Origin: an uncultured Gemmatimonadales bacterium
GTDB lineage: Bacteria > Gemmatimonadota > Gemmatimonadetes > Longimicrobiales > RSA9
DNA length: 64,000 bases
Assembly (NCBI GenBank): GCA_963798085.1
Contig: CAWCRS010000008.1
Span: 128,001 to 192,000, forward strand
Direction of reading: 5' to 3'
Part shown: positions 37,244 through 47,724 of the stretch, piece after piece
How the letters are laid out: every line of letters starts with the position of its first letter
Numbering within the stretch: the first letter of the stretch is position 1
The notes under the pieces: generated by a model
What the model was told of the DNA's origin: nothing
The model's database searches: none
What the model saw: only the letters and a program-made list of their open reading frames with translations
Made by a program: the position numbers and the translations under genes

Positions 37244-37891
37244 ATGAAGAACCGCGTGTTTGCACTGCTCGCGCTCCTGCCGTTGTGCGCCGCGCCGCTG
37301 GCGGCGCAGGGTGTGGCCATCGTCGGTCGCGCCAGCACGCTCGGCCTGGGCGGCGAGGTTTCGCTGGGTCTGGGACGGGCTCTGGGGCTGCGCGCCGGCA
37401 TCAACGCGCAGCCTGCCGATCCCAGTCACAAGATCGAGGGTGTGGACTACACGCTGCATCTCGGCTCGCCGTCGTACACGGCCATGCTCGATCTGTACGC
37501 CGGGCCGATCCGTCTGAGCGGCGGCCTGGTGAAGTTTGGCTCGGAACACAAGCTCACCGCGGAGCCGACGAAGGATGTGGAGATCGGCTCCCAGACGTAC
37601 ACGCCGCAGCAGGTGGGCAAGCTGACAGGCGTGTTCCAGACGAAGGACCTGGCGCCCTACGCGGGCATTGGCTTCGGCCGGCTCGGCGGCCGGCACGGCG
37701 TGGGTCTCACCTTCGATCTCGGTGTGGCCTACCAGGACTATCCCGACGTGCACCTCACGGTATCCGGTCCCATTGCCTCGCAGCCCGGCTTCGAGGCGGA
37801 CCTGGCCGATGAGGAAAGCAAGATCACGCACGACGTGCGCGCGTTCCGCTTCTACCCCGTGATCTCGCTGGGGCTGGTCATCGGTATATAA
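37244..37891 (+). CDS. Putative small outer-membrane beta-barrel protein
   Basis: GAGG RBS; signal peptide; ASTLGLGGEV, APYAGIGFG, FDLGVAYQ and C-terminal FYPVISLGL amphipathic strands. Confidence 0.7.
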   Translation: MKNRVFALLALLPLCAAPLAAQGVAIVGRASTLGLGGEVSLGLGRALGLRAGINAQPADPSHKIEGVDYTLHLGSPSYTAMLDLYAGPIRLSGGLVKFGSEHKLTAEPTKDVEIGSQTYTPQQVGKLTGVFQTKDLAPYAGIGFGRLGGRHGVGLTFDLGVAYQDYPDVHLTVSGPIASQPGFEADLADEESKITHDVRAFRFYPVISLGLVIGI

Positions 37892-38030
37892 CTGGTGGTT
37901 ATAGCCGCCTGCGTCTGCCGCGCGAGCGCAATGCGAAGCAGGCTGTTTCGCCGGTTGCGGCGTGGACACGGGCTGGGGTCGAGGCAGAGGGGCAGGGAAT
38001 CGCGCTGCGTGGTTCCCGGCCCCGTTGTCG

Positions 38031-39554
38031 CTATCCGTGAGCCGGACCGATATCCACCACAATGTCCCGCCACTTGCCCTGGCGGAACCGCACGATGCTG
38101 AGCATGCAGCGCGTGAAGTGGCCGAGCACGATCGCAGTCCAGATGTCGACGGCGTGCAGGCCACGGGTCTGTTGCAGGAACACGCAGAGCCCGATGGGCA
38201 GCACGATCTGCGAGATGATCGAGATGTAGAGCGGGCTGCGCGTGTCGCCCGTCCCCTGCAGGCCACCGGTGTAGGCGAGCGCGACGGTGATGAAGAGGCC
38301 GGATACGCTGAGGTAACGCAGGAGCTGCACGCCCAGGGCGATGACACCGGGCTCGTGCATCCCGAACACACCCAGCAGCGCGCGTGGCACAGTGAGGAAA
38401 AGCAGGCCGATGAAAGCCGCAACCGCGAGACCAATGCGTGAGGCGACGTGCACCGCGTGGGCGGCACGCTCCGGCCGTTTCGCACCGAGGCTCTGTCCCA
38501 CCACCGCGGCCGTGGCGCCCATCAGGCCCACGGATGTCCACGTGATGAAGGAGAACAGCTCGGTATAGCCCACCGCGTAGACCGCCTGCGCTTCCGCGCT
38601 CTGCTGCAGTGAACCGATGAAGCGCAGCAGCATCACGCCGGCCACGTTCATGGCCACACCCTGCAGCCCGGTGGGCAGACCGAAGCGGAACAGTGAACGG
38701 ATGACGCCCCAGTCGGGACGCAGCCGCATCCCGCGCGGGAACCCGACGACCCAGCCGCCTCGCACGAGGCGGTAGAGCGCGTAGATGCTGGCCGAGCCGG
38801 TGGCCAGCACGGTGCCCATGGCGGCGCCCGCCGTGCCGTACGCGGGAATCGGACCCAGCCCGCGAATCAGGATGATGTTGAGCACGATGTTCAGCACCGT
38901 GATCACCATGCCGTAACGCAGCGGTGTTTTCGCATCGCCTGCAGAGCGCAATGCGCCGCTCAGCATGAAGAAGAACAGCATGCCGAAGCTGTACAGGAAC
39001 ATGATGCGCAGATAGGGCAGCGCCTGCAGTTTCACTTCGGGGGCCGCGTGCACGATGTCGAGCAGCATGGGTGACAGCAGATACCCGATGGGAGCCAGCA
39101 CGCCAATGGACAGCGCGACCGACGTGATAAAGGCCTGATAGACCGTACGATTGACCTTGTCGTCATGGCCCGCGCCCGCGAAACGCGAGACCAGCACACC
39201 CATGCCTGTGTACAGCGATGAAATGAAGACGATGACGACGAGGAACACCTGCCAGCTCACACCGATGGCGGCGTTGCCGGTGTAGCCCACGTAGTGCCCG
39301 ACCATCACGTGATCGATGATGCCCTGCAGGCCGCCAATCATGTTCTGCAGCATGGTCGGCCACGCGATTTTCCAGACCGCGCGCACCACAGGTCCTTCGA
39401 CGATGGAGCGGTCGAAGCGGGTCGAGGCTCGCGCGGCTGGCGGCGGCGCGTCCGCGGGCGGGTTCGTGGTGGGCGAAGGTGCTGCCAGACCATCAGCAAA
39501 CGCGGCATCAGCGACTTCCGCATCGCGCAGAGACTCGGGCTGGCTGGGACTCAT
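38031..39554 (-). CDS. MATE family efflux transporter
   Basis: IVEGPVVRAVWKIAWP, DHVMVG, RSAGDAKTP, GAAMGT, VGQSLGAK, GTGDTRSP; about 12 TM segments. Confidence 0.92.
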   Translation of the reverse strand: MSPSQPESLRDAEVADAAFADGLAAPSPTTNPPADAPPPAARASTRFDRSIVEGPVVRAVWKIAWPTMLQNMIGGLQGIIDHVMVGHYVGYTGNAAIGVSWQVFLVVIVFISSLYTGMGVLVSRFAGAGHDDKVNRTVYQAFITSVALSIGVLAPIGYLLSPMLLDIVHAAPEVKLQALPYLRIMFLYSFGMLFFFMLSGALRSAGDAKTPLRYGMVITVLNIVLNIILIRGLGPIPAYGTAGAAMGTVLATGSASIYALYRLVRGGWVVGFPRGMRLRPDWGVIRSLFRFGLPTGLQGVAMNVAGVMLLRFIGSLQQSAEAQAVYAVGYTELFSFITWTSVGLMGATAAVVGQSLGAKRPERAAHAVHVASRIGLAVAAFIGLLFLTVPRALLGVFGMHEPGVIALGVQLLRYLSVSGLFITVALAYTGGLQGTGDTRSPLYISIISQIVLPIGLCVFLQQTRGLHAVDIWTAIVLGHFTRCMLSIVRFRQGKWRDIVVDIGPAHG

Positions 39555-39726
39555 GCCCTGAGGCTGGCGCAACGGGCCCGCCTGCGCAAGGTGGCGCCGG
39601 CTCCAGTGATCACGTCCGGAGGGCCGCCCGTCACGCCGCAGACACCAGCACGTCTCGAAACTGTGTGCCCGGACGCGATCCGGAGATCTGTGGCACCGTG
39701 GGCGTGGCGCCCGCTTCGTCTGCAGC

Positions 39727-40531
39727 CTAACCGCCGCGATTGGCCTGACGCCGCAGCTCGTGCCAGTGGCTGCGCGCCACGCGGATGCGCTGGCCATTGC
39801 GCAGGCGCAGCGCGTAACGCCCGCCGGGCGCATCAAACAGCTCGGCGACGCGATCGACGTTGACGATCGCGGAACGGTGCACGCGCAGGAAGTGTGCGGG
39901 ATCGAGCTGCGACTCCAGCGCGCTCAGGGTTTCGCGCACGAGATGCGTCGCATCGCCCACGTGCAGGCGGATGTAATAGTCGGCAGCCTCGATCCAGTCG
40001 ACATCCGCGGCGGGGATGCGCAATGCGCGCTCGCGCGTCTGCACGATGAAGTGTGTGCGCAGCCGGGCCGCGGCAGTGTCTGTGGCTGAAGCTGCGGAAG
40101 CAGCCGGGCCAGCACTGACCAGGTGCAGCAGTCTCTGCCCGAGGTCGCGATATTCGCGGTTTTCGATGGCCTGGCGCGCGCGTTCGAGGGCCGTGCGCAG
40201 GCGGGCGTCCGTGAAGGGCTTGAGCACGTAGTCCAGCGCATTCACATCGAAGGCGCGCAGCGCGAACTGATCATACGCGGTGATGAAGACGATGAAGGGC
40301 GAGCGCTCCGGTCCGATCTCGCGCACCACGTCCAGCCCGCTCATGCCCGGCATTCTGCACATCCAGCAGCACGAGATCGGGCGCCAGCTGGCGTATGCTG
40401 CGCACGGCTTCGCCGCCACTGCCGGCTTCTCCCGCCACTTCGAAGCCGGCGATTCTCTCGAGCAGGCGGCGGATGCCGGCGCGGGCGTGCGGCTCGTCGT
40501 CCACGATCAGTGTGCGCACGGGCCGGCTCAT
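39727..40531 (-). CDS. LytTR family response regulator; frameshift at ~40353
   Basis: LIVDDEPHAR, LLDVQ|MPGMSG, FITAYDQFA, DYVLKP, FLRVHRSAIVN. Confidence 0.92.
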
Positions 40532-41668
40532 GCCGGGGCCGGCTGACGCAGGGGGAGTCGCACGATCACGGCAAAGCCGCCGCCCGCCGGTCGCGCGAAT
40601 GTTAAGGACGCGTTATCGCCGAACATCTGAGCCAGCCGCTCCGCGGTATTGCGCAGCCCGACGCCGGACGAGTTCTGCAGCGACCAGGTTTCGGGCGGGC
40701 CCTCACCGTCATCGCGTACCTCCAGGCGCAGCTGACCGTCGCTCGCCCCGGCGAGTACCCGAATGCGTACGCCGGCGGTGGTGCGGCCCGCGTGCCGCAC
40801 CGCGTTCTCCACCAGTGGCTGCAGCACGAGGGCCGGTACGCGCGCAGCATCGAGCTCAGGCGACACGTCGATCTTCACCTGCAGGCGCTCACCGAAGCGC
40901 ATTCTGCTCGACGCCCAGGTAGCGGCGCACGAACTCGATCTCCTCGCCCAGCGGGATCTCGTTCTCGGCCACGTCGCGCAGCAGCCGGCGCAGCAGCTCG
41001 CCCAGCTCGCACACGGTTTCGATGGCCTGCTCGTGCAGTCCCTCGCGAATCAGCATGGTCACCGTGTTCAGCGAGTTGAACAGGAAGTGCGGCTGCAGCT
41101 GGCCGCGCAGCGCGTGCAGCCTGGCCTCCGCCAGGCTGGCCTTCAGTTCCAGCGACGTCCGCTCGCGCCGCTGCAGCGTGCGATAGTATTCGAACGCCAG
41201 ATAACCACCGGTTATGGCCCAGTAGATGACGATGTTGGCGGCGAAATAGGCGGACAGCAGATTGAGCAGTCCGATCCAGTACGGGTAGGGATCGTGCCAG
41301 GTGAGCTGCAGCCAGGCGGCGAACAGGGCGAGGTGCAGGATGGAGAAGACGGCGCCGGCGATGCTGTGCACGGCGAGGGAGCGCAGGAACCGTGTGCCGC
41401 CGAAATCGAAGCGGCGCACCAGACGACCCACGAGCGGCGCCAGTGCCGCGCGGATGAGCCAGGGCGGCAGCACTCCCAGGAACACACCGCCGAACCCCGC
41501 CACATCTTCCCATGTGCGATGCGTGAGCACGCGCTCGGCGCTCTCCGTGGCCGCGAAGAGGAGGGCGGCGCCGGTCAGCAGGATCGCGGGGCGGATATCG
41601 AAGCGGCGCGAGGATGCGGAAGCGACCATGCTCCCATTCTCGGGCGGGCGGCGAGCGGCCGCAATCAC
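40528..41668 (-). CDS. LytS/YehU-type histidine kinase; frameshift at ~40902
   Basis: N-terminal TM segments; QLQPHFLFNSLN, EQ|MRFGERL, LQPLVENAVRH, VRDDGEG, GVGLRN. Confidence 0.92.
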
Positions 41669-41669
41669 G

Positions 41670-42860
41670 TCAGTCGCGGATGGCGGGGAGAATGTCGGAA
41701 AACAGGTAGTTTACGGGCGCGACGAAGTCGGCGTACGCGTCCGAGTAGCCGTTGAACACGATCACCATGTCGTACTTCGGGATCACGTAGAGCCACTGGC
41801 CCAGCGCGCCCGAGCCCGTGATGACGATATTGCTGCCCGCGGGCGGCGCGCTGCCGGACAATGGCGTGAGCCAGAAGAGGTAGCCGTACCACCAGTTGTG
41901 ATTGCCCCAGGTCGCCGTGGTGGTGGTGCGCACGGATGTGGCCTTCTCGAGCCAGTCGGCATCGAGCAGGCGCTGGCCATCCCAGACGCCGCCGTGCAGG
42001 ACGAGCAGGCCGAGGCGCGCCAGGTCTGCGGCCTTGAGGTAGAGGCCGCCGCCCGTGTGGGGCACGCCTCCGGCGCCCGTGTACCACTGCACCGACCGGA
42101 TGCCGAGTGGCGTGAACAGATTGTCCTTCGCGAACGCCGTGAAGGACGCATTGACCGCGCGCGCCACGAACTGGCCCAGCAGGATCACACCGCCGCTGTT
42201 GTACTCGAATTGCTGGCCCGGCTGCAGCAGCATGGGCCAGTCGAGCACGAAACGGATCCAGTCGCAGGCGCATTCGTTCAGCTGCTTGAGCGGCGATGTC
42301 GCGTAGTTCGATTCACTCCAGTTCAGACCCGTGCGCATGGTGAGCAGGTCCTCGACCACGAGCGCACGTTTGCGCGCATCCGCGTTGATCACGCTGATGT
42401 AATCGGGGAAGCGCGGCAGTATGGAATCACGCACACCCATGCGACCCTGCCGGATGGCCACGCCCGTGGTCAGCGCGGTCACACTCTTGGTCACGGATTG
42501 CAGTGTGTGCAGCACATTGGGGCCGCTGCCGTTGAAGTACTCTTCGGTGACGAGATAGCCGTGACGCACGATGAGCAGGCTGCGCACGGCGTTCTGGCCA
42601 TCGCGGATGCGCTTCACGAGCGCGGTAATGGCCGTTTCATCCAGCCCCACCTGCGCCGGGGTGGCGCGCGTCCAGCTCGTGGTGGGATCGGGTGCCGGTC
42701 CGCCCAGCGGTGTGTCCTGCAGGCCGGTGGCGCTGCGGCAGCCCGCGTGCAGCGCCACGCCCACGAAGAGCGCGGGCCACACGCGCCGGTAGCGCAGCCG
42801 GCGCGCTGCCGCGGCGGCGCGCGACGCTTCACTCAGCAACGCGCGTCCACGTGGCGCCAT
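41670..42860 (-). CDS. Serine hydrolase, beta-lactamase class C family (possible lipoprotein)
   Basis: SVTK (SxxK), FEYNSG, GGGLYL, DLARLG, YGYLFW, GSGALGQ; LHAGC lipobox-like; start uncertain. Confidence 0.88.
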   Translation of the reverse strand: MAPRGRALLSEASRAAAAARRLRYRRVWPALFVGVALHAGCRSATGLQDTPLGGPAPDPTTSWTRATPAQVGLDETAITALVKRIRDGQNAVRSLLIVRHGYLVTEEYFNGSGPNVLHTLQSVTKSVTALTTGVAIRQGRMGVRDSILPRFPDYISVINADARKRALVVEDLLTMRTGLNWSESNYATSPLKQLNECACDWIRFVLDWPMLLQPGQQFEYNSGGVILLGQFVARAVNASFTAFAKDNLFTPLGIRSVQWYTGAGGVPHTGGGLYLKAADLARLGLLVLHGGVWDGQRLLDADWLEKATSVRTTTTATWGNHNWWYGYLFWLTPLSGSAPPAGSNIVITGSGALGQWLYVIPKYDMVIVFNGYSDAYADFVAPVNYLFSDILPAIRD

Positions 42861-43782
42861 TGAATTCCCACGTGTCCTTGAAGTATGTGTTGCCGTTCAC
42901 GGATTGACCACCGAAGAAGACGTAGCGCTGTCGCGTCGCATCCCATGCCCCGCTGGAGCCGGCCCGGCGGGCCGGCGACGTGCCGGAGACGGTCAGCACG
43001 TTCCATTGCTGGCCGTTCCAGCGTATTGGCGAAGATGAGTCGGCCAGGTCGAAGAGCACCAGATCGCCTGCTGCCGTTGCCCCCAGAAGCAGGCCGGGTG
43101 GCTCGATGGCGGGCGGGCTGCCCGGCACGACGGACCAGGCGCTGCCGTTCCATTCCCAGGCCTGCGCCGGCCGCGTGCCCCCGGTGTTCGCGCTGAAGTC
43201 GACGGCGACAGCGAGCAGTGTGTGGCGGAGCGGACTGTAGGTGAGGTTCGTGGGCAGGGCCAGCGGTCCCGGCACCGCGGTACTAACACGCTGCCAGGCG
43301 GCGCCATCCCACTCCCAGGTTTCGCCCAGCGTGATGCTGGTGGGGCCGCCCAGGACCACGAAACGGTCGCGGTCCGGATCGTAGCCGCCTCTCACGTGCT
43401 GCAACACCGGCCCGTTCGTGGACAGCTGCGTCCAGCTCTGCCCATTCCATGCCCAGAGGTCGCGTGCGCCCGTGAAGTTTCCGTCGAGTCCGCCGAACAG
43501 CAGCATGCGGCTGCGTTTGGAATCGAAGGCGAGGACCGGCTCGATACGCGGCCCGGGGCCGGTCGCCTCGATCCGGCTCCACTTCGTGCCGTTCCAGGAC
43601 CAGAACTCCGCGCTGGGCGTGCCCGTATTGCCACCGTACATCACTACCTGCTGCTGCGGCGGGAAATAGAGCAGCGAGTGAAAGAGCCGGCCGGCGGGTT
43701 GTTCGTCTGTCGGGGTCGTGACCTTGTCCGACTTGCAGCCTGGCAGCAGGATGGCCGCGACCAGGCACAGCGCTCTGACCAT
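42829..43782 (-). CDS. Kelch-repeat beta-propeller lipoprotein
   Basis: GGAGG RBS; LPGC lipobox; repeated (Y/F)GG...(T/L)WxW(N/D)GxxW units. Confidence 0.85.
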   Translation of the reverse strand: MVRALCLVAAILLPGCKSDKVTTPTDEQPAGRLFHSLLYFPPQQQVVMYGGNTGTPSAEFWSWNGTKWSRIEATGPGPRIEPVLAFDSKRSRMLLFGGLDGNFTGARDLWAWNGQSWTQLSTNGPVLQHVRGGYDPDRDRFVVLGGPTSITLGETWEWDGAAWQRVSTAVPGPLALPTNLTYSPLRHTLLAVAVDFSANTGGTRPAQAWEWNGSAWSVVPGSPPAIEPPGLLLGATAAGDLVLFDLADSSSPIRWNGQQWNVLTVSGTSPARRAGSSGAWDATRQRYVFFGGQSVNGNTYFKDTWEFNGATWTRVAE

Positions 43783-43929
43783 GATTCCTCCGTCGCGTGG
43801 ATGTGCCAGGGCACTGTAGGTGCAACCCGTTCGCCGGCAACCGTGCTGCAGCGGGGCTGCCGCCTGATGCTGCCGATGCCACTCGCTGCACCGGGTTTCA
43901 CGGGACGACCTCGCCGGATAGCTTCGAGC

Positions 43930-44916
43930 ATGCCGCCGCCGAGCCGGTGCCTGCACACGAGCCTGCCGCTGCTTGCGAGCCTGCTGTTAGCGGGAGCGCA
44001 GGCGGGGCGGGCGCACGCGCAGGCGCCCCCGCTCCCCGTGGCGGCGCGGCCTGACACGACATTGCACCTGGCGCTGCCGCACCCGCCGGCCTGGCCGCGC
44101 GGGCAGGGCCCGCTGCTGCTGTTCGACGAGGCGCACCACAACTATCATCGCACGGACGGCCCCTACTTCGCCTTCCTCGAGCTGCTGCGACAGGATGGTT
44201 ATCGGGTGCAGCCGCTGCGCCAGCACTGGTCGCAGGCGGCGCTGCGGAACGGCAATGTGCTGGTTGTGGCGAATCCGGTGAGCGACACGAACGCGGTGAA
44301 CCTGTGGATGCCCATCACGTCCGCGTTCAATGCGCGCGAGTTGAAGGCGATGCGTGACTTCGTGCGCGGCGGCGGCGCGCTGTTCGTGATCACAGACCAC
44401 ATGCCCTGGGCCGGCGCGGACGACGCGCTGCTCGCCTGGTTCGGCATCGCCATCGAGAATGGCTATGCGCTGGCGGACACGTCCGACCGCAGCGGCGAGC
44501 TGCAATTCCGCCGATCCGATGGCGGTCTGCGCGACCATCCGATCACGCGCGGTCGCAATCCAGAGGAGCGCGTCGATTCCGTGCGGACGTTCGGTGGCAG
44601 CGCGTTCCGCGCGCGCGGGCGCGGCGTGGAGCCACTGCTCGTGCTGCCGGCCGCGGCGGTGTCGCTCGACCCCAAGGTCATGGGACTCTTCGACGAGTAC
44701 ACGAAACGCGTGCCGGTGGGCGGCTGGATGCAGGGCGCAGCGCTCGCGTATGGCAGCGGCCGCGTGGTGGTACTCGCGGAAGCGGGTCTGTTCGCGGCGC
44801 CCGAGCCACGCCCGGAGCAGGCCGCCATGGGCTTGCGCGCTGCGGGCGCCGCGCAAAACGCGCAATTCGGTCTCAACATCCTCCACTGGCTGACCGGCCT
44901 CCTGCCTGCCCGCTGA
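43930..44916 (+). CDS. Secreted DUF4350/glutamine-amidotransferase-like fold protein
   Basis: Signal peptide; LLFDEAHHNYH, VLVVANP, FVRGGGALFVITDH, GSGRVVVLAE, NILHWL; start uncertain. Confidence 0.65.
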   Translation: MPPPSRCLHTSLPLLASLLLAGAQAGRAHAQAPPLPVAARPDTTLHLALPHPPAWPRGQGPLLLFDEAHHNYHRTDGPYFAFLELLRQDGYRVQPLRQHWSQAALRNGNVLVVANPVSDTNAVNLWMPITSAFNARELKAMRDFVRGGGALFVITDHMPWAGADDALLAWFGIAIENGYALADTSDRSGELQFRRSDGGLRDHPITRGRNPEERVDSVRTFGGSAFRARGRGVEPLLVLPAAAVSLDPKVMGLFDEYTKRVPVGGWMQGAALAYGSGRVVVLAEAGLFAAPEPRPEQAAMGLRAAGAAQNAQFGLNILHWLTGLLPAR

Positions 44917-45027
44917 CCGGCCGGCCCCGCATCAGGGTACCCTCCGCACTCGGGTGTCTCCCTCAACGACAGCGCGTGCGCCCGTGCGACGCGCGCCATC
45001 GGGTTGCAGGTCGCTCAGGAGTCGACG

Positions 45028-45717
45028 ATGCGGAGTCTGCTGGCTTGTGGACTGGTGCTCACGGCGTTCGCCACGCTGCCGCGGCAGGGTGCCGCACAGA
45101 AGGAGACGCCCGACAAGCAGGGCGTGGTGGGAGAATGGACGTTCAACGCCCGGAAGAGCGACGATGTCAGCAAGAAGCTGAGCGGCGGGTATCGGCCGCC
45201 GGGGAATCGCGGCGGTGAAGGTCGTGGCGGCTTTGGTGGTGGTTTCGGCGGTGGCTACGGGGGTCGTGGTGGCGGGCGAGGTGGTGGTGGCCGTGGCGGT
45301 GGTGGTCGTCCGCCCATCGAAGGCGGCAGCGGTGGCGGCCGTGAGGGCGGGCGCGATGTCGCGCGCTCGCGCATCAGCATGCTCCGCCTGCTGCGCGCGC
45401 CCGAAACGCTGACCATCGAGCGCTCGGATTCGGCGACGCTGCTGCGCCGTGATACCGCCGCGGCCCTCGTGCTTTACCGTGATGGCCGGCCCTTCACCGT
45501 GCTGGGCGAAAACGATGAGGACCAGCTCACCTACACGGCCACGTGGAAGGACGAGAAGCTGATCGTCAACGAACAGAGCGCGAGCGGTACGTCGATCGAA
45601 GAGACGTACGAGGTGAAGGGCAAGCCGGCGCAGCTGCAGGTACAGGTGAAGCTGAAGAGCGAGAATCCGCCGCGCGACATCAAGTTCAAGCGCGTATACG
45701 ACATCGCCAGTCATTGA
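45028..45717 (+). CDS. Hypothetical secreted protein with Gly/Arg-rich insert
   Basis: AGGAG RBS; signal peptide; GEWTFNARKSD; long GGRGG tract; C-terminal FKRVYD. Confidence 0.7.
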   Translation: MRSLLACGLVLTAFATLPRQGAAQKETPDKQGVVGEWTFNARKSDDVSKKLSGGYRPPGNRGGEGRGGFGGGFGGGYGGRGGGRGGGGRGGGGRPPIEGGSGGGREGGRDVARSRISMLRLLRAPETLTIERSDSATLLRRDTAAALVLYRDGRPFTVLGENDEDQLTYTATWKDEKLIVNEQSASGTSIEETYEVKGKPAQLQVQVKLKSENPPRDIKFKRVYDIASH

Positions 45718-45840
45718 GGCCCGCGCGCCGGCCGGCGGGCGGGACGGACCGCTCACGGGCAGCTGCGCACTTGCGGCTCAATGCATGCGTCGGGCCGGGC
45801 AGGTGGGGACGACAGCAGGACTCAGGGAGCCGTACGACGT

Positions 45841-47620
45841 ATGCATATCGCGAATCGGAAAACAGCCCGGCCAGCCAGGGCGGGCGCCAAACACGCCGTT
45901 TACCGTGCCATCAGCGCGGCAGTACTGACAGCGAGCGCGCTGCTGGCGGGCGCGTGCAGCGGCGACAAGTCACCCACATCGCCCAACAGCACGAACGACA
46001 CGCCCTGCGGCGGCGGCGCCGTTGTGAGTCTGGGCGTGCTCCAGGGCACGACCATCGACTGCAGTGCCGGCAACGTCATTGATGTGGCGGGCAACGGCGC
46101 GACCTACCTGGTCGTGCCGCAGTTCGCGGTGGGTGACGTAGCCAATCGCACGACTTCGTTCACGATCGGGCCCGCGACCGCGCGCGCGGTTTCCACGAGC
46201 TCCGCTTTGTCCGCACTGACGCAGCAGAGCACGGCGCGATCCAGTGCGCAGGCCCGGTTCGAATGCCGCCATGCTGAACCGCTCGCGCACGGAGGTTGCG
46301 GCTGGACGCTGGCGCGCGCAGGCGCCCCTTGCCGGCGCATTCAGCGTGCAGCCGGCCGCGGCGCCGGTGCTGCACAGCGTGCGTGGCTTCCGCGTGGCCG
46401 CGTCGCTCAGCGCGACGAGCCCTTCGTACAAGACGGTGAACGCGCGGCTCGAGTACATCGGCCAGCACCTGCTCATTTACGTCGACTCGCTGGCGCCCTC
46501 ATCCGGCGCCACCACGCTCGACCTGCAGGTCATCGGCCCGCTGTTCGATCAGACGCTCTTCACGCTCGACACCAACACCTTCGGCCAGCCATCCGACCTG
46601 GATGGGAACAACGCGGTCATCATGCTGATGACGCCGGTGGTGAATTCACTGACGCCGGCCGCAACCTGCCGGACCGATGGCTACGTGGCCGGCTTCTTCG
46701 ATGGTGTGGACCTGGGCGCGCTGTCCGATCCCAACTCGAACAGCGGCGAAGTGTTCTACACGATCGTGCCCGACCCGGCCGCGGTCGCCAGCTGTACGCA
46801 CACGCTCGATGATTTCCTCGCCACTGTGCCGGCCACGTTCCTGCACGAGCTGCAGCACCTCATCAACTTCTCGCAGCACGTGCTCGTGCATAACAGCGAT
46901 GAGGAAGAAGGCTGGCTCGATGAGGGACTCAGCCGCATCGCGGAGGAGCTCGGCTCCGTGCACTACGAGCAGCTGTTCCCGCCGCCCACAGGTCGTACGG
47001 ACACGCGCCAGCTCTTCCCGGATTCCGCGGAAGGCTACATCACCGGTTTGCTGACCACGTCGTATTCGTATCTGCTCGATCCGGGGGCGGAGACACTGAC
47101 ACTGCATTCCGACGCGGATGGCGGGCTGGAATGGCGAGGCGGCGTGTGGCTGCTGCTGCGCTGGCTGGGCGACCGCTTCGGTCCGGGCATCTTCAAGCAG
47201 CTGGTGCAGACCGGCGCAACCGGCACAACGAACATCGCGGCCGCCACCGGCACCACATTCCCGTCTGTTTTCGGCGACTTCAGCCTGGCGCTCTACACCG
47301 ACAGCATTCCGGGCATTGCGCGCAGCTCGATTCCTGCGCAGTACCGCTTCCAGACGCGCAATCTGCGCACCATGTTCGCGGCCCTGTACCGTGTGGCCGG
47401 GCCGAGTTCGGATTTCCCGCTGCAGTTTCCCATCACGGTCACGTCGCTCAACGCCAGCAATGCGTTGAGTGACGCGATGCCGGCGGGCGCCATGGCCTTC
47501 TACGCACTTACCACCAGCAGCGGACAGGCGACTGTGCGCATTCGCTTCGCCTCGCCTGGCGGTGGACTGCTGCCCGCCGCGCTGCACCCGCAGGTCAGCC
47601 TGTTCCGTCTGCCTGACTGA
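45841..47620 (+). CDS. Zincin metallopeptidase lipoprotein (M30-like); frameshift at ~46262
   Basis: Lipobox AGAC; FGQPSDLDGN, GYVAGFF, HELQH (HExxH) and WLDEGLS third-ligand motif; ORFs join as RFDAAML. Confidence 0.78.
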
Positions 47621-47673
47621 TCGCGGGAATCGTCTGCCGCCCGAGGTTGGCTGCCGCGCAAGCCGCTGAACAA

Positions 47674-47707
47674 AGAGCCCCGCACCGCAGAAGCGGCGCG
47701 GGGCTCT
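47674..47707. terminator. Likely bidirectional terminator between convergent genes
   Basis: AGAGCCCCGC...GCGGGGCTCT stem with CAAA upstream (TTTG on the minus strand). Confidence 0.6.
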
Positions 47708-47724
47708 CGCATCACGGAGGAACA

